A stretch of 52,164 bases of DNA from Dicyema japonicum (Eukaryota; Animalia; Dicyemida). Below, piece after piece: positions 1 through 10,869 of this stretch (within the stretch, counting starts at the first letter, position 1; each line of letters begins with the position of its first letter). Under the pieces are notes generated by a model, which did not search any database, had not been told where the DNA came from, and saw only the letters and a program-made list of their open reading frames with translations. The DNA lies in contig RDEW01000039.1 of assembly GCA_011109175.1 (NCBI GenBank), positions 540,053 through 592,216 on the forward strand, given 5' to 3'. Both the position numbers and the translations under genes were made by a program.

Positions 1-12
1 TTTACAATCTAG

Positions 13-1323
13 GTCGTCGACTGGCAATACAACTCCAAGTTTGATTTTGAGTGGATCTCATTAACTACTCGTCTTGAAGATTTAAAGTTCGATATAATTT
101 TAAAACAGATTGAAAATTTCACAAAATACAAAAACTTCGCTGATTTTCAAAGCAGTCGAGAATTCGACGGCTTCTCTTGATCAAATGGAAATAAAAATTG
201 CTCAAGTTTAATTAGTCAAAATTTCATTTTAGAACCGAATTGTGGGGTCATTTGAGATTTTACAAATGCACTTTAAACTTTTTGACCAATCACGTGCTGA
301 AACTGTTTTGAATGAGTTACTTGCCACACTTTTATCAATTTGGACAGTCTTTGTTAATTTTGAATGTGAAAAGGTGCTTTTCGATTTATTCGTAGAAAAA
401 CGGTTTTTCATGTGAAAATAGAACATTCCTCAAGTCTTCGATTGATTCAACTATTCTTATTGTCATGAAATTATCAGAATCCAGTTTTAGGCCGTTCTTT
501 ATGGAGGTTTTATTTATCCTTAACTCTTACTAGGTTTGGTCATGGGCTCTTAATGACCAAGAAGTTACTGAAGAAAACTTGATTAGAATGCTTTACTTTT
601 ACAGATTTTGTCGCAGGTTTCTTATTTGAAAATATAAATTAGGCTTTCGGCTGAGTTGAAAACGATTTTTCTTATATTTGTAAATATTTTCCACGACAAG
701 TATGATTAATCTGCTTTTATTTGGACTTGAAAAAATAGGTACTTGTATATCTTATTGTGTTAGATAAGTTTAGCGATATTCATAAAGATTTGTTTTCTTC
801 GATCTTTGACACTCTATTTTTCTGTTTCGCTAATTCAAATCCTGATTTGTTGATCAGATCTTTCAGTTTGACTCAGATTGGTCGAATTATGATAGATTAT
901 GTTTTTTTTAATTTTCATGATAGATCTTTAAATCTGATGAAATTGGAGACGCTGTTATAAAGCAGAATTTGATCCCTGCAATTTCTCAATATTTTTCTAC
1001 TTATGACGATGAAAATGAATGGCAAAGTATTTCTCAGTATCTTCTAACAAAAGCCAAAGAAAATTTTTCTGAAGTTTATTTTTTGTTTTTCATCTTAGAA
1101 AAACATTTTCTTGACTTTCGATGTATTGGAGTCCATTTGTCGGAAATTATCTGTTAGATTTACAGTCATTCTTCCTCCAATAGTTCCCTTTGTAGCAGAA
1201 CGAATGGAAGGTAGTTTTATAATGTTAAATTAAGATCGCAATGAGATTATCTCAAACAAGTGTAATAACTTTGCACTTTTGGTTGAGGATATTTGTGGTG
1301 AATCGCTCTCCAGTTATTTTTAA
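13..1323 (+). CDS. HEATR1: HEAT repeat protein 1 / U3 snoRNA-associated protein 10, 3' part (gene starts before the window); 9 micro-introns of 22-27 nt
   Basis: Spliced translation gives VMKLSESSFRPFFMEVWSWA (BP28CT-type motif) and the C-terminus VILPPIVPFVAERMEDRNE...EDICGESLSSYF*, matching the UTP10/HEATR1 end (LLPExIPFLAELMED...LGEPLQSYF). One apparent +1 frameshift near 690. Confidence 0.93.
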
Positions 1324-1784
1324 CTTTTATTAAATGTAAATTGTCATATTATTTTTGACTATGAAATATTCTTAATTTTACTATTCTTTGTAAACTTTTT
1401 ATTTTACAAGTTAAGTTACTACATCATCACTGGTAAACTACACATAACATAAAGAGGAAAGGGACTCTTGTCGGTATCCTAGTTATTTAAGGAAAGTCAA
1501 TTCCTTAAGATCATTGAGATGTGTCTGTCTTAATGAATTGGTGACTGGTAGACATGGCGTTTTCTTAATTTTTAACGCCAATCGTACACGGAATTTTTTT
1601 CATTTAAAATTAGTGAAGAAAACGATCTTTTACTCTTCCATTTTTAATACCGGAAGAACTTGTCAAATAAATGAGAGCAACGAGAATTCATTTTATCATA
1701 TAAACGAGGGAAATCTCTATTTTTTAAACTACATAAGTTACAAATTTTTATTATATTGTAATGACATAAAATTTGAAAAAATAA

Positions 1785-2529
1785 TTAAAATAAAATCTCA
1801 GTAAGCCAAATTAAGAATTCGTTTTCATTTTGAATAGATGATTCGTCGTAATTCAATAATTTGTTCAAATTATATGGCGAAAGTAAGGAAGCTGATTCAA
1901 CAATTCTAAGCCCTTAGTGATAATCAGTTATTGCTACCGTTTCCTCTTACAATACTTAAAGCTTCCCTTAACGAATCGATTAAACCCTTATAGGTTTCTT
2001 TAGATAGTTTATTCTTACTTAAATAATAATAAAGTTTTCTTCCGGTCGACATGTATTCTATCGTAAAATAAATTTAATCACCTTTTAAGTTTAAAAGATT
2101 CAAAATCGATGCAAAAAACTCATCGTAACTAGCATCGTCATTTAATTTTACACTTTCTTTTATTTTTTGAGGAAATTCTCTAATATCATTATACTTAATT
2201 TATAACTGATATAGGACAGAAATAAACTTGAGAAATAAATTTCGTTCTATATAATGTCCATCGTCTTAACTATAAATACCAATCACTTGATAATAATTTA
2301 AAAGCTGTCAGACAATTCAAATTCATTCGGTATTCATCGTTGTTAATTAAATTAATATGCCATAAAGCTAGCTTAAAGTTATCATTTTCTACAAGTAGAG
2401 CAAAACTAAAAAAAATATAGCGAAAATAAACTGTTCTGTCAAAAACCGAAAAGGACTTGTCGGGCGTTTTTGAAGTAATTCATCTACTGCTGTATCTAAG
2501 GTAGTTTGTAATTCATCATAATTATTCAT
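1785..2529 (-). CDS. TPGS1: Tubulin polyglutamylase complex subunit 1; 5 micro-introns (22-27 nt)
   Basis: Spliced product MNNYDELQTTLDTAVDELLQKRPTSPFRFLTEHF...LALWHINL...NLNCLTAFKLL...EYMSTGRKLY...LIDSLREAL...RIVESASLLSPYNL...ENEFL is colinear with TPGS1 motifs (RPEEPIAFLAHYF, ALWHLRL, LEAGSRLGP, EEFL). Frame is open after splicing. Confidence 0.82.
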
Positions 2530-2669
2530 AATCGGTTTGGGAAGTTAATATTTGTTTCTTAACAACAAGTTTATTAATGTTGCCAATCAAACTGTTTTTA
2601 AATTTTATAAATTTATTTTAATAAAAATACGATTTTTAAATATAATTATACGGCTACTTTTACATTTAA

Positions 2670-4136
2670 TACAATCCGACCCCGAGACGGGGTAAAAATT
2701 CCCCAATATTGATGTTTTCCCCAAAAATGCGGGTCTTCTTAAAATGCTAAATAAAAATATAGAAAAAAATTATTTTTATAATATGTATTAAAAAAGACGA
2801 ATCATTAGTAAGTCTATTTAAATTTCTAATGATTCATTAGATTTTTATTTTTTGAAAATAAATCTTTCATTTTCATGTTATTTTGTTCTTTTTTCGTTCT
2901 TTTAAGAAAATTTTCAGGAGTTTCTCATTTTATTACATTAAAATGCATAGTGAGGGCACGTTCCATATCTTTTATGACGTCATACTCTAATTATCTCGTC
3001 TATTTTTATTACTGCTAAGATCATCATAAAATGTCTCTAAATTTTCTGATTAACTGGGCTGTTTTAGTTATCATGTTGTTTTTCTAGTATCATAAAGTTC
3101 AACTTCCAAGCACTTTTCAAAGCAATTTCATATTGCTGATTTATTAATTTTTCCCCGGTCAATTTTAAACATGATATTACATGTTGTGATCCATTTTATA
3201 GCTTAAACCACAGGATTTTTATCATAATTTTTTTATCATCCAATGATTAAAATTTTTAAAAGCTTGATCACATTGCTATATTAAAGAAGTCGTGTTTTTT
3301 GGAAAAAATATCATGTCGATGTTTGAATATTGGAACAAGTATACAAGTTGCATTATCTATGCCTTTTTTGCAATTTTACAAGCAATAAGTGTTAATGCTG
3401 GTTCATTTATCGAAAAACTTTTGCATCTCACAGAACAAAAAACTTCATAAACTTCTGTATTTAATTGGTGCCCATTTACTCAATAAAGTAGAGCAGACTT
3501 TACATATGATTTCTTCCCTTTTCATTTTCAGTTGGTATAGACTAGTTTTAGAGATGCCATTTTTTACGAATAAATGCATAATTTTACAGATCTGACTGTA
3601 TTTCCTACACATTCTAATTTTTTTCATTTTGATTTACGAGTTAGTAAGAGTCCTAGAAGAACACGAACAAGATAAGTATTCGGATTTTACCGAAACTCCA
3701 AAGTCCCTTGTACTATGAGACAAATTTCTGAAGGTATTTTTAGAAAAGCATTGTTGTTATGCAAGATTTCTCTAAATTTGTTCCCAGCATTAAATGAGCA
3801 TGCTATTTCGTTACTAAACTGCTACATAGATGTTGTAGAGCTTGAGCCCAAAGAGTATGATGAGATTGATGTTATGATACGTGGAGTACTCAAAGAAAAC
3901 CACGTTCATGCGCTGGCAGCCAAGAAGGAGACTTTACCTCGTGAGAATTCCACAAAATCTAGGTTTCCAAGCAGGTTATGTATCCACAAAACGAGGTCGG
4001 GCTGTATTTCGTTACTAATTTTCCCATTTGGAGGTTTATTACTAAAAGAAATTTCATTATTACTATTAAAATGATGAACTCTCCCTAAAATGCAGGTTTT
4101 TTGCGCAGTTTAGGTTTCCCCAAAATGAAGACTGTA
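2670..4136 (-). mobile_element. Highly decayed pogo/Tigger-like DNA transposon remnant containing a LINE fragment
   Basis: Ends TACAATCC... and ...GACTGTA with repeated CCCCAAAATG-like subterminal motifs. Minus-strand 3300-3630 gives HTH/CENP-B-like remnants (ISKTSLYQLK, KYRSL, IFKHRHDI). Weak match. Confidence 0.35.
3640..3990 (+). mobile_element. R4/Dong-like (RLE-type) non-LTR retrotransposon fragment, post-RT region
   Basis: NLFPALNEHAISLLNCYIDVVELEPKEYDEIDVMIRGVLKENHVH...KETLPRE resembles the NxxxAINxxA...ERLYLPR motif of this clade. Confidence 0.7.
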
Positions 4137-4174
4137 TTTAGAAAATGCTGCATAAATAATAATTGAATTTGCTC

Positions 4175-4560
4175 TTCTTGGCTGAACTTAACGTCTGATT
4201 ATATCGGATCTGACAGTCGTGGGTTCGAATTCAAAAGATAGACTTTTCATCGAAGGTCAATTCTCGTTAAACAGATTTCACCTGTGAGGAAACGAGTCCT
4301 TATGTTGTTGGAAGGGATTTCCTACCTTCTACCTGGCAAAATCCACTAATGAAGATTACCATTATGAAAACTCTTCCGCCTAAGAATTAAGTGATGTCTG
4401 CGACGGTAGGACATGTGAGGAAAATGGAAGAGGTTGGACCCACTTCTCTACCTCTCTTCCGAAGCAGAAACCTGTAATGGACTATTGGAGGATGTTTATT
4501 CTTTGAAATAATTACTTGTAACTGTTTGTGCTGTGCCTATTAAAAATTGTAATAAATAAT
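4175..4560 (+). mobile_element. Degenerate tRNA-derived SINE-like element with a possible pseudoknot core
   Basis: B-box GGGTTCGAATTC at 4221-4232, a GC-richer body and an A/T tail. Pairings CTCGTT/AACGAG, CCT/AGG and GATTT/AAATC at 4263-4343. Confidence 0.5.
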
Positions 4561-4844
4561 GGGATAAATAAATAATTTTTAATCCATCGTGCATCGGTTT
4601 AATCAGTACTACCTATCACCAGTTTTTCCATCCAATATTAATCTAATCGGGTGCAATTGTCATTTCCGTTCTTTAATGCAAAACGTGACTTGAGAATAAA
4701 TATTAATAATCAGATGATAAAGCCCTTCGTATTTCATCTCCTTGGCCTTCTAAGAGAAAAAAATGAGTAAGGCACAAGATGTCTTGCTAGCTGCATGATA
4801 AACGTGAATTAATCCATTAATTACAATATTTCACGTTTTTATTA

Positions 4845-5070
4845 ATAATAATAATATCAACAATACCAGAGACCACGATCACACAAACTAACTAATCACG
4901 TGATCCCAGCACGCTCTAGCAGGTCCCTCATCTAGAGCATGCCGCCGGGAGACAGTTTCCTCGGAGGTGGATGTCTAATGGTTCTCTTTGGAGGAGCATT
5001 AGGTGCTCTCTGGGAGTTACCAAAACTTACAGAATCGGTGAACCACATAGCGCCACGCTACTGCTTAAAA
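4845..5070 (-). mobile_element. Short non-autonomous retroelement (GTGGCGCTATGTGG head, LINE-like 3' end, (TTA)n tail)
   Basis: Head shared with elements ending near 10090 and 48930. The 3' motif GCTGGGATCAC...TTAGTTAGTTT is shared with the LINE 3' end at 33250-33280. Confidence 0.6.
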
Positions 5071-5199
5071 TTAGAAAACACAAAACGACTTGTTCGTCGG
5101 AAAAAATCAATTAAATGTTTTAAATGAAATGTATTTTTTAATAAAAATAAAATTAATTATTTATTTGAAAACGGAATTCTTACTTTCTTTGTGTACTTT

Positions 5200-5832
5200 A
5201 TGCTTAGAGATTTATTTTTATTAACGAGAGGTCCATTTCGATATAGAAAATTCTCATTTTTTAATATCGTTTCTAATAAAGAACAAGAATATAAAGAACG
5301 CCGTTTATTAGGGTTTGCAATTAAAACTTAAAATAAGATACAATAAAGAACAATTATATGAAATAGCTGCGAACGTAAAAAACTACCCCCATTTTGTTCC
5401 CTGGTGTCATAAAGTCGTTGTGATTCCCGAAACTGATTCGAAATTTAAAGCTATTATGGAGATTGGCTTTGGAAATGTAACGACCAAATATTTATCTACG
5501 GTTACTACAGAAAAGCCTAATTTTGTTGAAGTTCATTATTTTTTAACTTTTTAAAGTCTCACTGCAATGATTCTGAATTTTTAATAAGTTAAATTGTGTT
5601 TGGAGATTTGACGACGCTAAGAATGAGAACCAATGTTATTTAGATTTCATGGTTTGATTTAACTATTTACTATATTTTTATTTTTTAATTTATATTTAAG
5701 GTTGTCTTCCATTTCAGATCGGCCTTACATTCGAAAATTTCATCAATCTTCTTTAATGAAGCTAGTAGTAAAATTGTCTCTTCATTCATAACTAAAGCAA
5801 ATGAATTGTATGGACCTCCTGCTAAATTATAA
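5200..5832 (+). CDS. COQ10: Coenzyme Q-binding protein COQ10 (START/polyketide cyclase fold); introns of 25, 26 and 49 nt
   Basis: YKERRLLG|YNKEQLYEIAANVKNYPHFVPWC...MEIGFG...KYLSTVT...VVFHFRSALHSKISSIFFNE...FITKANELYGPP. The N-terminus is Arg/Phe-rich like a mitochondrial presequence. One T appears missing from the homopolymer at about 5580. Confidence 0.93.
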
Positions 5833-6319
5833 TTCTAACATATGATTTTTATTATAAATAAAAATTTGAATTTTGTTATAATTTACTTTTATGGCCATGG
5901 GAAAATTACCTTTTGTACTTCTAAGATGCTTGACTACCTGTTTGTCGGATGAACAAAGGAGAAACTCCACATTGCCAGAGTGACTAACGTAAGAGATTCG
6001 CGATGCTATAATTATCAACCCTTCGGAAACATGTCATGTTTTTTCAAAGTAAACGGAGATTTCTCTGTTATCATGGTTTTCCAATAACTCAAGAGACTGG
6101 ATACAGAATATACTTCGTGAGAGATATAAAATATGAACATACTAGCGGACGCAAGAGAATTTTAACTACTACCAAGCCAAATCATTTTTTCCCAAATTCA
6201 TGCATGATGTCTCTTGTATAGTGTTAGAGGCAAGTCCTCTGAAGTTGAAAGTTACAATTGTAAACGAATTAGAATAGACAGATTGAGATTACTATAAAAC
6301 ATGTACATTAGAGAAGTCT

Positions 6320-6641
6320 TAGTGGTTAGGTGTCGGGCTTAAGTGGCTTAGGCTACGGGTTCGAATCTCGCTGCTGTTCACCTGGTGGAAGGTTCCACGC
6401 ATCTACGATGCAGAAATGGTTTGACGAGTGACGCCGTCATCAGTGAATACTCACTGCGGAACTGGATTTGTCTAGAAAGGACACTCACACAAGAAAAAGA
6501 AAAAAAGAAGTGAAGATCATTCCTTGGTTCTACGATTAGTTAAAATTAACTGTTCTTTACTTAAATAAAGTGTGTGTCCTGCCTATGCGGAGCTATAAAA
6601 TACTATGGCTCTCGTGAAAAGGCTTTATTATTATTATTATT
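6320..6641 (+). mobile_element. tRNA-derived SINE, copy 1 (slightly 5'-truncated), (TTA)n tail
   Basis: Partial A-box TAGTGG and B-box GGTTCGAATCT. 13-nt TSD ATTAGAGAAGTCT at 6307-6319 and 6642-6654. A second copy is inverted at 39171-39485. Confidence 0.9.
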
Positions 6642-6783
6642 ATTAGAGAAGTCTAAACCACTCAATCAACAATAAGTATTCACAACAAATCATTTAAATA
6701 TTCTTATTTATGGTTTAACATCGAATTAATTTTAATCAATTTAAAAATAATATTAATTAAATTTAAAATGTTATTAAATAAAT

Positions 6784-7282
6784 ATGAGTTTAACTGGTAC
6801 TAATGGTGATGAAAGTAATTGACGATACGGTGACGATAGAAAATTATAAATATAACTTTTCAGAATCTTTAAACAAAATGTTAAATGAATCAAACGAATT
6901 AGCAAAAAATAGTACAAGATTACATGAATCTAATGATGCCATGGAGGAATCATTTAAGGATGAAGAAGTATCATACAAAAAATGCAGTGGGATACTAGAA
7001 AATAATTTTCAAAATATCTACAAAATTCCTGAATATTTAACTAAAGTTGAGAAAATCTCAAAATATATTAAAGAAATTCAAAATACTGTTAAAGATTTAA
7101 AAGCTCGTACAAATGTTTTATTGGCCAACTCTGAAAATAACACTGAAAAAATAAAATTAAGTCAAGAAATGGAAAATAAGAAAATTCAGCTAAAACAAGA
7201 AATGGACAGAGAACATGATATTTCGATTACAATTATTCCCGAAAAACAAGTAAACTTTAACCTTAAAAATAATCAAAAATAA
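6784..7282 (+). CDS. BLOC1S6: BLOC-1 subunit 6 (pallidin; Snapin/Pallidin coiled coil); probable 25-nt intron near the 5' end
   Basis: LHESNDAMEESFKDEEVSYKKCSGIL...EYLTKVEKISKYIKEIQNTVKDLKARTNVL...EMDREHDI is colinear with pallidin (LTQNQ..LEQEISKFKECHSML..HYHAKLVNIRKEM..LKKRALKL..EFEREKQL). ATG 6784 joins the ORF through intron GTAATTGACG...GATAG; ATG 6803 is an alternative start. Confidence 0.7.
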
Positions 7283-7537
7283 TTTATTTTTAATAAATAA
7301 CCGTATTTCTTAATTAACTGATTATAAAAACAAAAATATAAATAAATTTTCCCTTGTATTGCACAGAAATTGGGACCGTGATGAAGAATTTGTTCCTTCT
7401 TAACATTAAAAGTACAATATTGGAAAGTAGCTCTTATTCAATGCTAACGCTTTAATGTCTCGCTAAAGTTATATTTGTTTCAAATAACAGTTGGATAATT
7501 TATAAAAATGAGGTCAAGAAAGAATTAAAAATTGAAT

Positions 7538-7895
7538 CCTATCCTAGTAGTTAATCGACATGAAGGTTAAAGATGAAGACTTATCTCTATTGGACTAAAT
7601 GTCTATTTTACTTCACGGTGGATAAAAAACCTTGTCTTAGTTCTTCTCTTGCGAATGGAAGTCCGAAGTTCTCTACAAAGAACTTGTCAATCACATAGGG
7701 TTGTAGTTCGAATCTAGTCCATTCCAAAAAATTGGAAGATCACTTATTCTATCCCTGTAGTTAATGGACATAAAGGCTTAGGTGAAGATTTATCTCTATT
7801 GGACTAAATATCTATTTAATTCATGGTGGATAAAAAACCTTGTCTTAGTTCTCTTCTTGAGTATAGAAGTCCGAAGTTCTGAACAAAGGACTTGG
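7538..7895. repeat. Diverged direct duplication (two ~150-nt copies, period ~210)
   Basis: 7538-7686 and 7747-7895 share blocks such as TTATCTCTATTGGACTAAAT and GGTGGATAAAAAACCTTGTCTTAGTTCT. Confidence 0.85.
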
Positions 7896-8199
7896 AATAT
7901 CAATTTTCAAAACCTGTTTGGTTTTCGAGAAAATATAAAAGACTAACTTTATTCTCGATTAGTCTTTTTAGTGATATTGATTATCAATAGAGCGTTTGAG
8001 CATTTATAAAATAACTATAATTCTCATGTTTCATTCAAAGCGAACGATTTAATTCAGCTCCTTCGAATTTTAGACTGTACAAGAATCGATTTCTAAATTT
8101 GCTACATAGTTCTGTAGCTCTGTTTCATAAGTCAACCATTTTTATACAAACTATAAAAGTACAAAAAGTCATATAAATATTAAAAGATATTTTATGCAA

Positions 8200-8700
8200 T
8201 GGAAATACGTCTTTCCATCCTTTACAGCTTATTTATCTGGCTGACACTCGACTATTCAAGTACTCCATGGAAATGGACATCTCTAGTTTTTCCCAATAAA
8301 AGCTATCAATCATCCAAGACGCCACCAACAGAATTTCGACTCTACGTTTCTTGAGCAGTTCTAATAGAACGACAACGAAAACTAATAAGGAACCAAGATA
8401 CCAAGCATCCTCCTATAAATTCTCCCTCAAACGCCCTAAAATCTCCAAAACAAGGCTGATGCTATGCAAAAAGTACCTTAGTCTTAACCGGATTCGGTTT
8501 CCCAATTATCAGTCTGGGATTCTTTCTCAAAATGAATATTCTTATCTTTCTATTCCAGTGATCCTAGGGATATAAAATAGTTAGTTACTCCAGTCACACT
8601 AACGAGTAGCAGGCCAGTTGTCTTCAGATACCCAGCAACAATTGGTGGACGCTCTCATATATCTCTCAAAGACAGTGGATGTCAAAGTCTGATAAAACCT
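8200..8700 (+). mobile_element. Decayed LINE fragment (post-RT region)
   Basis: GC-richer island with a broken frame resembling a LINE thumb region (ATNRISTLRFLSSSN); many stops. Confidence 0.35.
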
Positions 8701-9274
8701 TCCAAGCAGAGTAGTTGCTTGTAAGCGTTGGTTATATATGAATCCGAATTAATTTTACTTTGAAAACTCCAGAGCGAATCTGGGAAAGAAAAAACGTAGT
8801 TCTTTTCCTTGACTAGTTTTAGAAGATTGTATTTTTGGAGGAGTAAATCAAATAAAACGTTGTGATCCGGCGAACGAATCGCACTAATATGGTTTTAGAT
8901 TTTTTGATGTCAGGTAGAGAAGGCGGAATACTATGAAGTTGGTTAAATGGTGATGATTTCATATATTGATTGACTGAAACAATGATGACCAATGGTAAAA
9001 AGAAACGAAAATTTCACCCAAAAGCTAAATAACTAGTTGAAAAAATTTTCGAAAATGATCATGTGAAATATACGACGCACAGCCAAAGATACCTTAGTGT
9101 AGTAAAAAGTTGTGAGACTAGTAAAATTCAACCCCAAGCAGTTTTGGAATCTTACGAATGGTAGTTTCACCAAGAAAATACAAATGGAAGTTGAACTGTG
9201 CGGTCCGTAGTAAAGAGTGTGACGCTGGACTTTGAAGGAGAACTAATGGTAGGGTAATACACGTAGCAGTTCGA

Positions 9275-10165
9275 CATTATTACTATTATAAGCAACAACA
9301 TAGAATCGTGTCGCGTTTACATGATCCGAGATACTAGTCTCTCCGACCATCTCGTATTTGATGCCAGACTCCGCAGACTGCTGAGGTCTTCACTGTTCCT
9401 TAGTGTTCTGTTTACTGGTCTCAAATCTCCATTAAGGACTTCGGGAAGCGTTATACGTGGACGGTCTCGGAACTTTTTACCAGACATTTCCAAGAATTCT
9501 TCCATGATGTTTGTTGGCGTATCTCGCTCCATTCTTATAATATGACCAAATAGTTTCCAGCGCATCCTCATGATTAGGGTGCTCAGAGGTCGAGAGGAGC
9601 ATCTTTTGACCAAATTTTTCACTCCTTACATTTAATCCCAAGAGAGACAGAAATTGATTCCTATGAAATAAGCCGAGCCTTTGTCCGTCGGTTTTTGAGA
9701 ATCCCCAAGTTCCAGAGTTATACGTAAGCATCAGTTTCACGAAAGCCTCATACAATCTGACTCGGAATTTATTTATTTATTTATTAACCCCGGATACACC
9801 GAGAAAGAAGTTAATGTAATTAAGTGTATCCAGTTTCCACTTCTACAGAAACAGAGTCCATCCGGAATCAGCATAAAGGGTAAGACGTCCATTACATGCA
9901 GTTGTGGAAACCCCTCCAGTGGAGTGGGGAAGAGCAAATGATCCTTTTTCATGCCGGCATGGCACTGGGCGTCGCCTAGACAGGTGGATCACATGACGCC
10001 ACTTTATTAGGAGGAGAGAGGAGGAACAGACAAGCAAGCAGAAAATTTAAACCAATTAACAACACAGCACCACATGGCGCCACGCAGCATCACATCTATA
10101 AAATTAATATATCCTGACTCGGAATGATTGGCAGACTGGATGTCTTTGGATCCATCCTTTCAAAA
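9275..10165 (-). mobile_element. 5'-truncated RTE-clade LINE 3' end, interrupted by a short element
   Basis: YEAFVKLMLTYNSGTWG...RWKLFGHIIRM...RPRITLPEVLNGDL; degenerate (TAA)n tail at about 9275-9290. Confidence 0.85.
9769..10113 (-). mobile_element. 345-nt non-autonomous retroelement with pseudoknot core (copy A), (TAAA)n tail
   Basis: 12-nt TSD CTGACTCGGAAT at 9757-9768 and 10114-10125 inside the RTE fragment. Head GCGTGGCGCCATGTGG; core at 9939-10000. Confidence 0.85.
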
Positions 10166-10245
10166 GCTGTTAGAAAAATTATTTTAAAGCAAAATTAACA
10201 TTTGTATTTTTAATTATTTTAAATTTATATATTTAACGTGTTGTT

Positions 10246-10819
10246 ATGATTGAGGAATATCAATTGGACGAAACATCACCTACCTACTATATTTCTTATA
10301 TTCGTGGATTAAAGGATCCAATAAATTTATATGAATTAATGAACGAAAATCTAGTTTTGATAAAACCAGAATTAGTAATATTTTTATGACAATTAGATTT
10401 ACAACAAATTTCAACTTATAATAGCTTGCCTTTCAGCTTCACTAAGGAAAAAGTCGTCAAAATTAATTACAAAGTCATTTTCAAGAGAGGTTTTGGTGAA
10501 CCTGTCGATTAAACGTAAAGTAGTTCTTTATAAATTTAAAAATCAGATTTTTGATGCAATCAAACTATTTGGGTACGAAAATAGCGACAACGTCCTTATA
10601 TGCTCTACTAATAAGAATTTGTTAATCAATTGTCTCAGTACGATCAAAGGAGATTATACGTCGACTGATAAATTGAGACAATTCTGTTCGTTGACAGAAA
10701 TTTATAAAGTTTTTTTTATGTTTTAATTTAAGATCTACAATATCGACAACTATGAAGCTATGGATGAAAGGGATATCTCCTCCTTGATTTTATCGAAAAT
10801 TGCTATTTTTAATTTATGA
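10246..10819 (+). CDS. TPRKB: EKC/KEOPS subunit CGI121/TPRKB; introns of 22, 27 and 24 nt
   Basis: LIKPEL|IYNKFQLIIACLSA...KLITKSFSREVLVNLSIKRK|IFDAIKLFG...EIYK|IYNI...LILSKIA matches the CGI-121 pattern (FQILVA, TRTLSTEIIFNLS, ISEALKKFG, KKIYKL). Frame is open after splicing. Confidence 0.9.
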
Positions 10820-10869
10820 TTATTTGTGTGTAATTGATTCAAAAGATGGATTTGGTTTTATCACTTCAA

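Noticed and set aside
6320-6375. tRNA gene
   Set aside because: A- and B-boxes are present but there is no intact cloverleaf; it is the head of a TSD-flanked SINE. The same applies to about 4180-4235 and 39420-39485.
8740-9270. Possible Merlin/ISXO2-like transposase remnant (GKKKR...IFGGV)
   Set aside because: The motif is too short and degenerate, and no TIRs were found.
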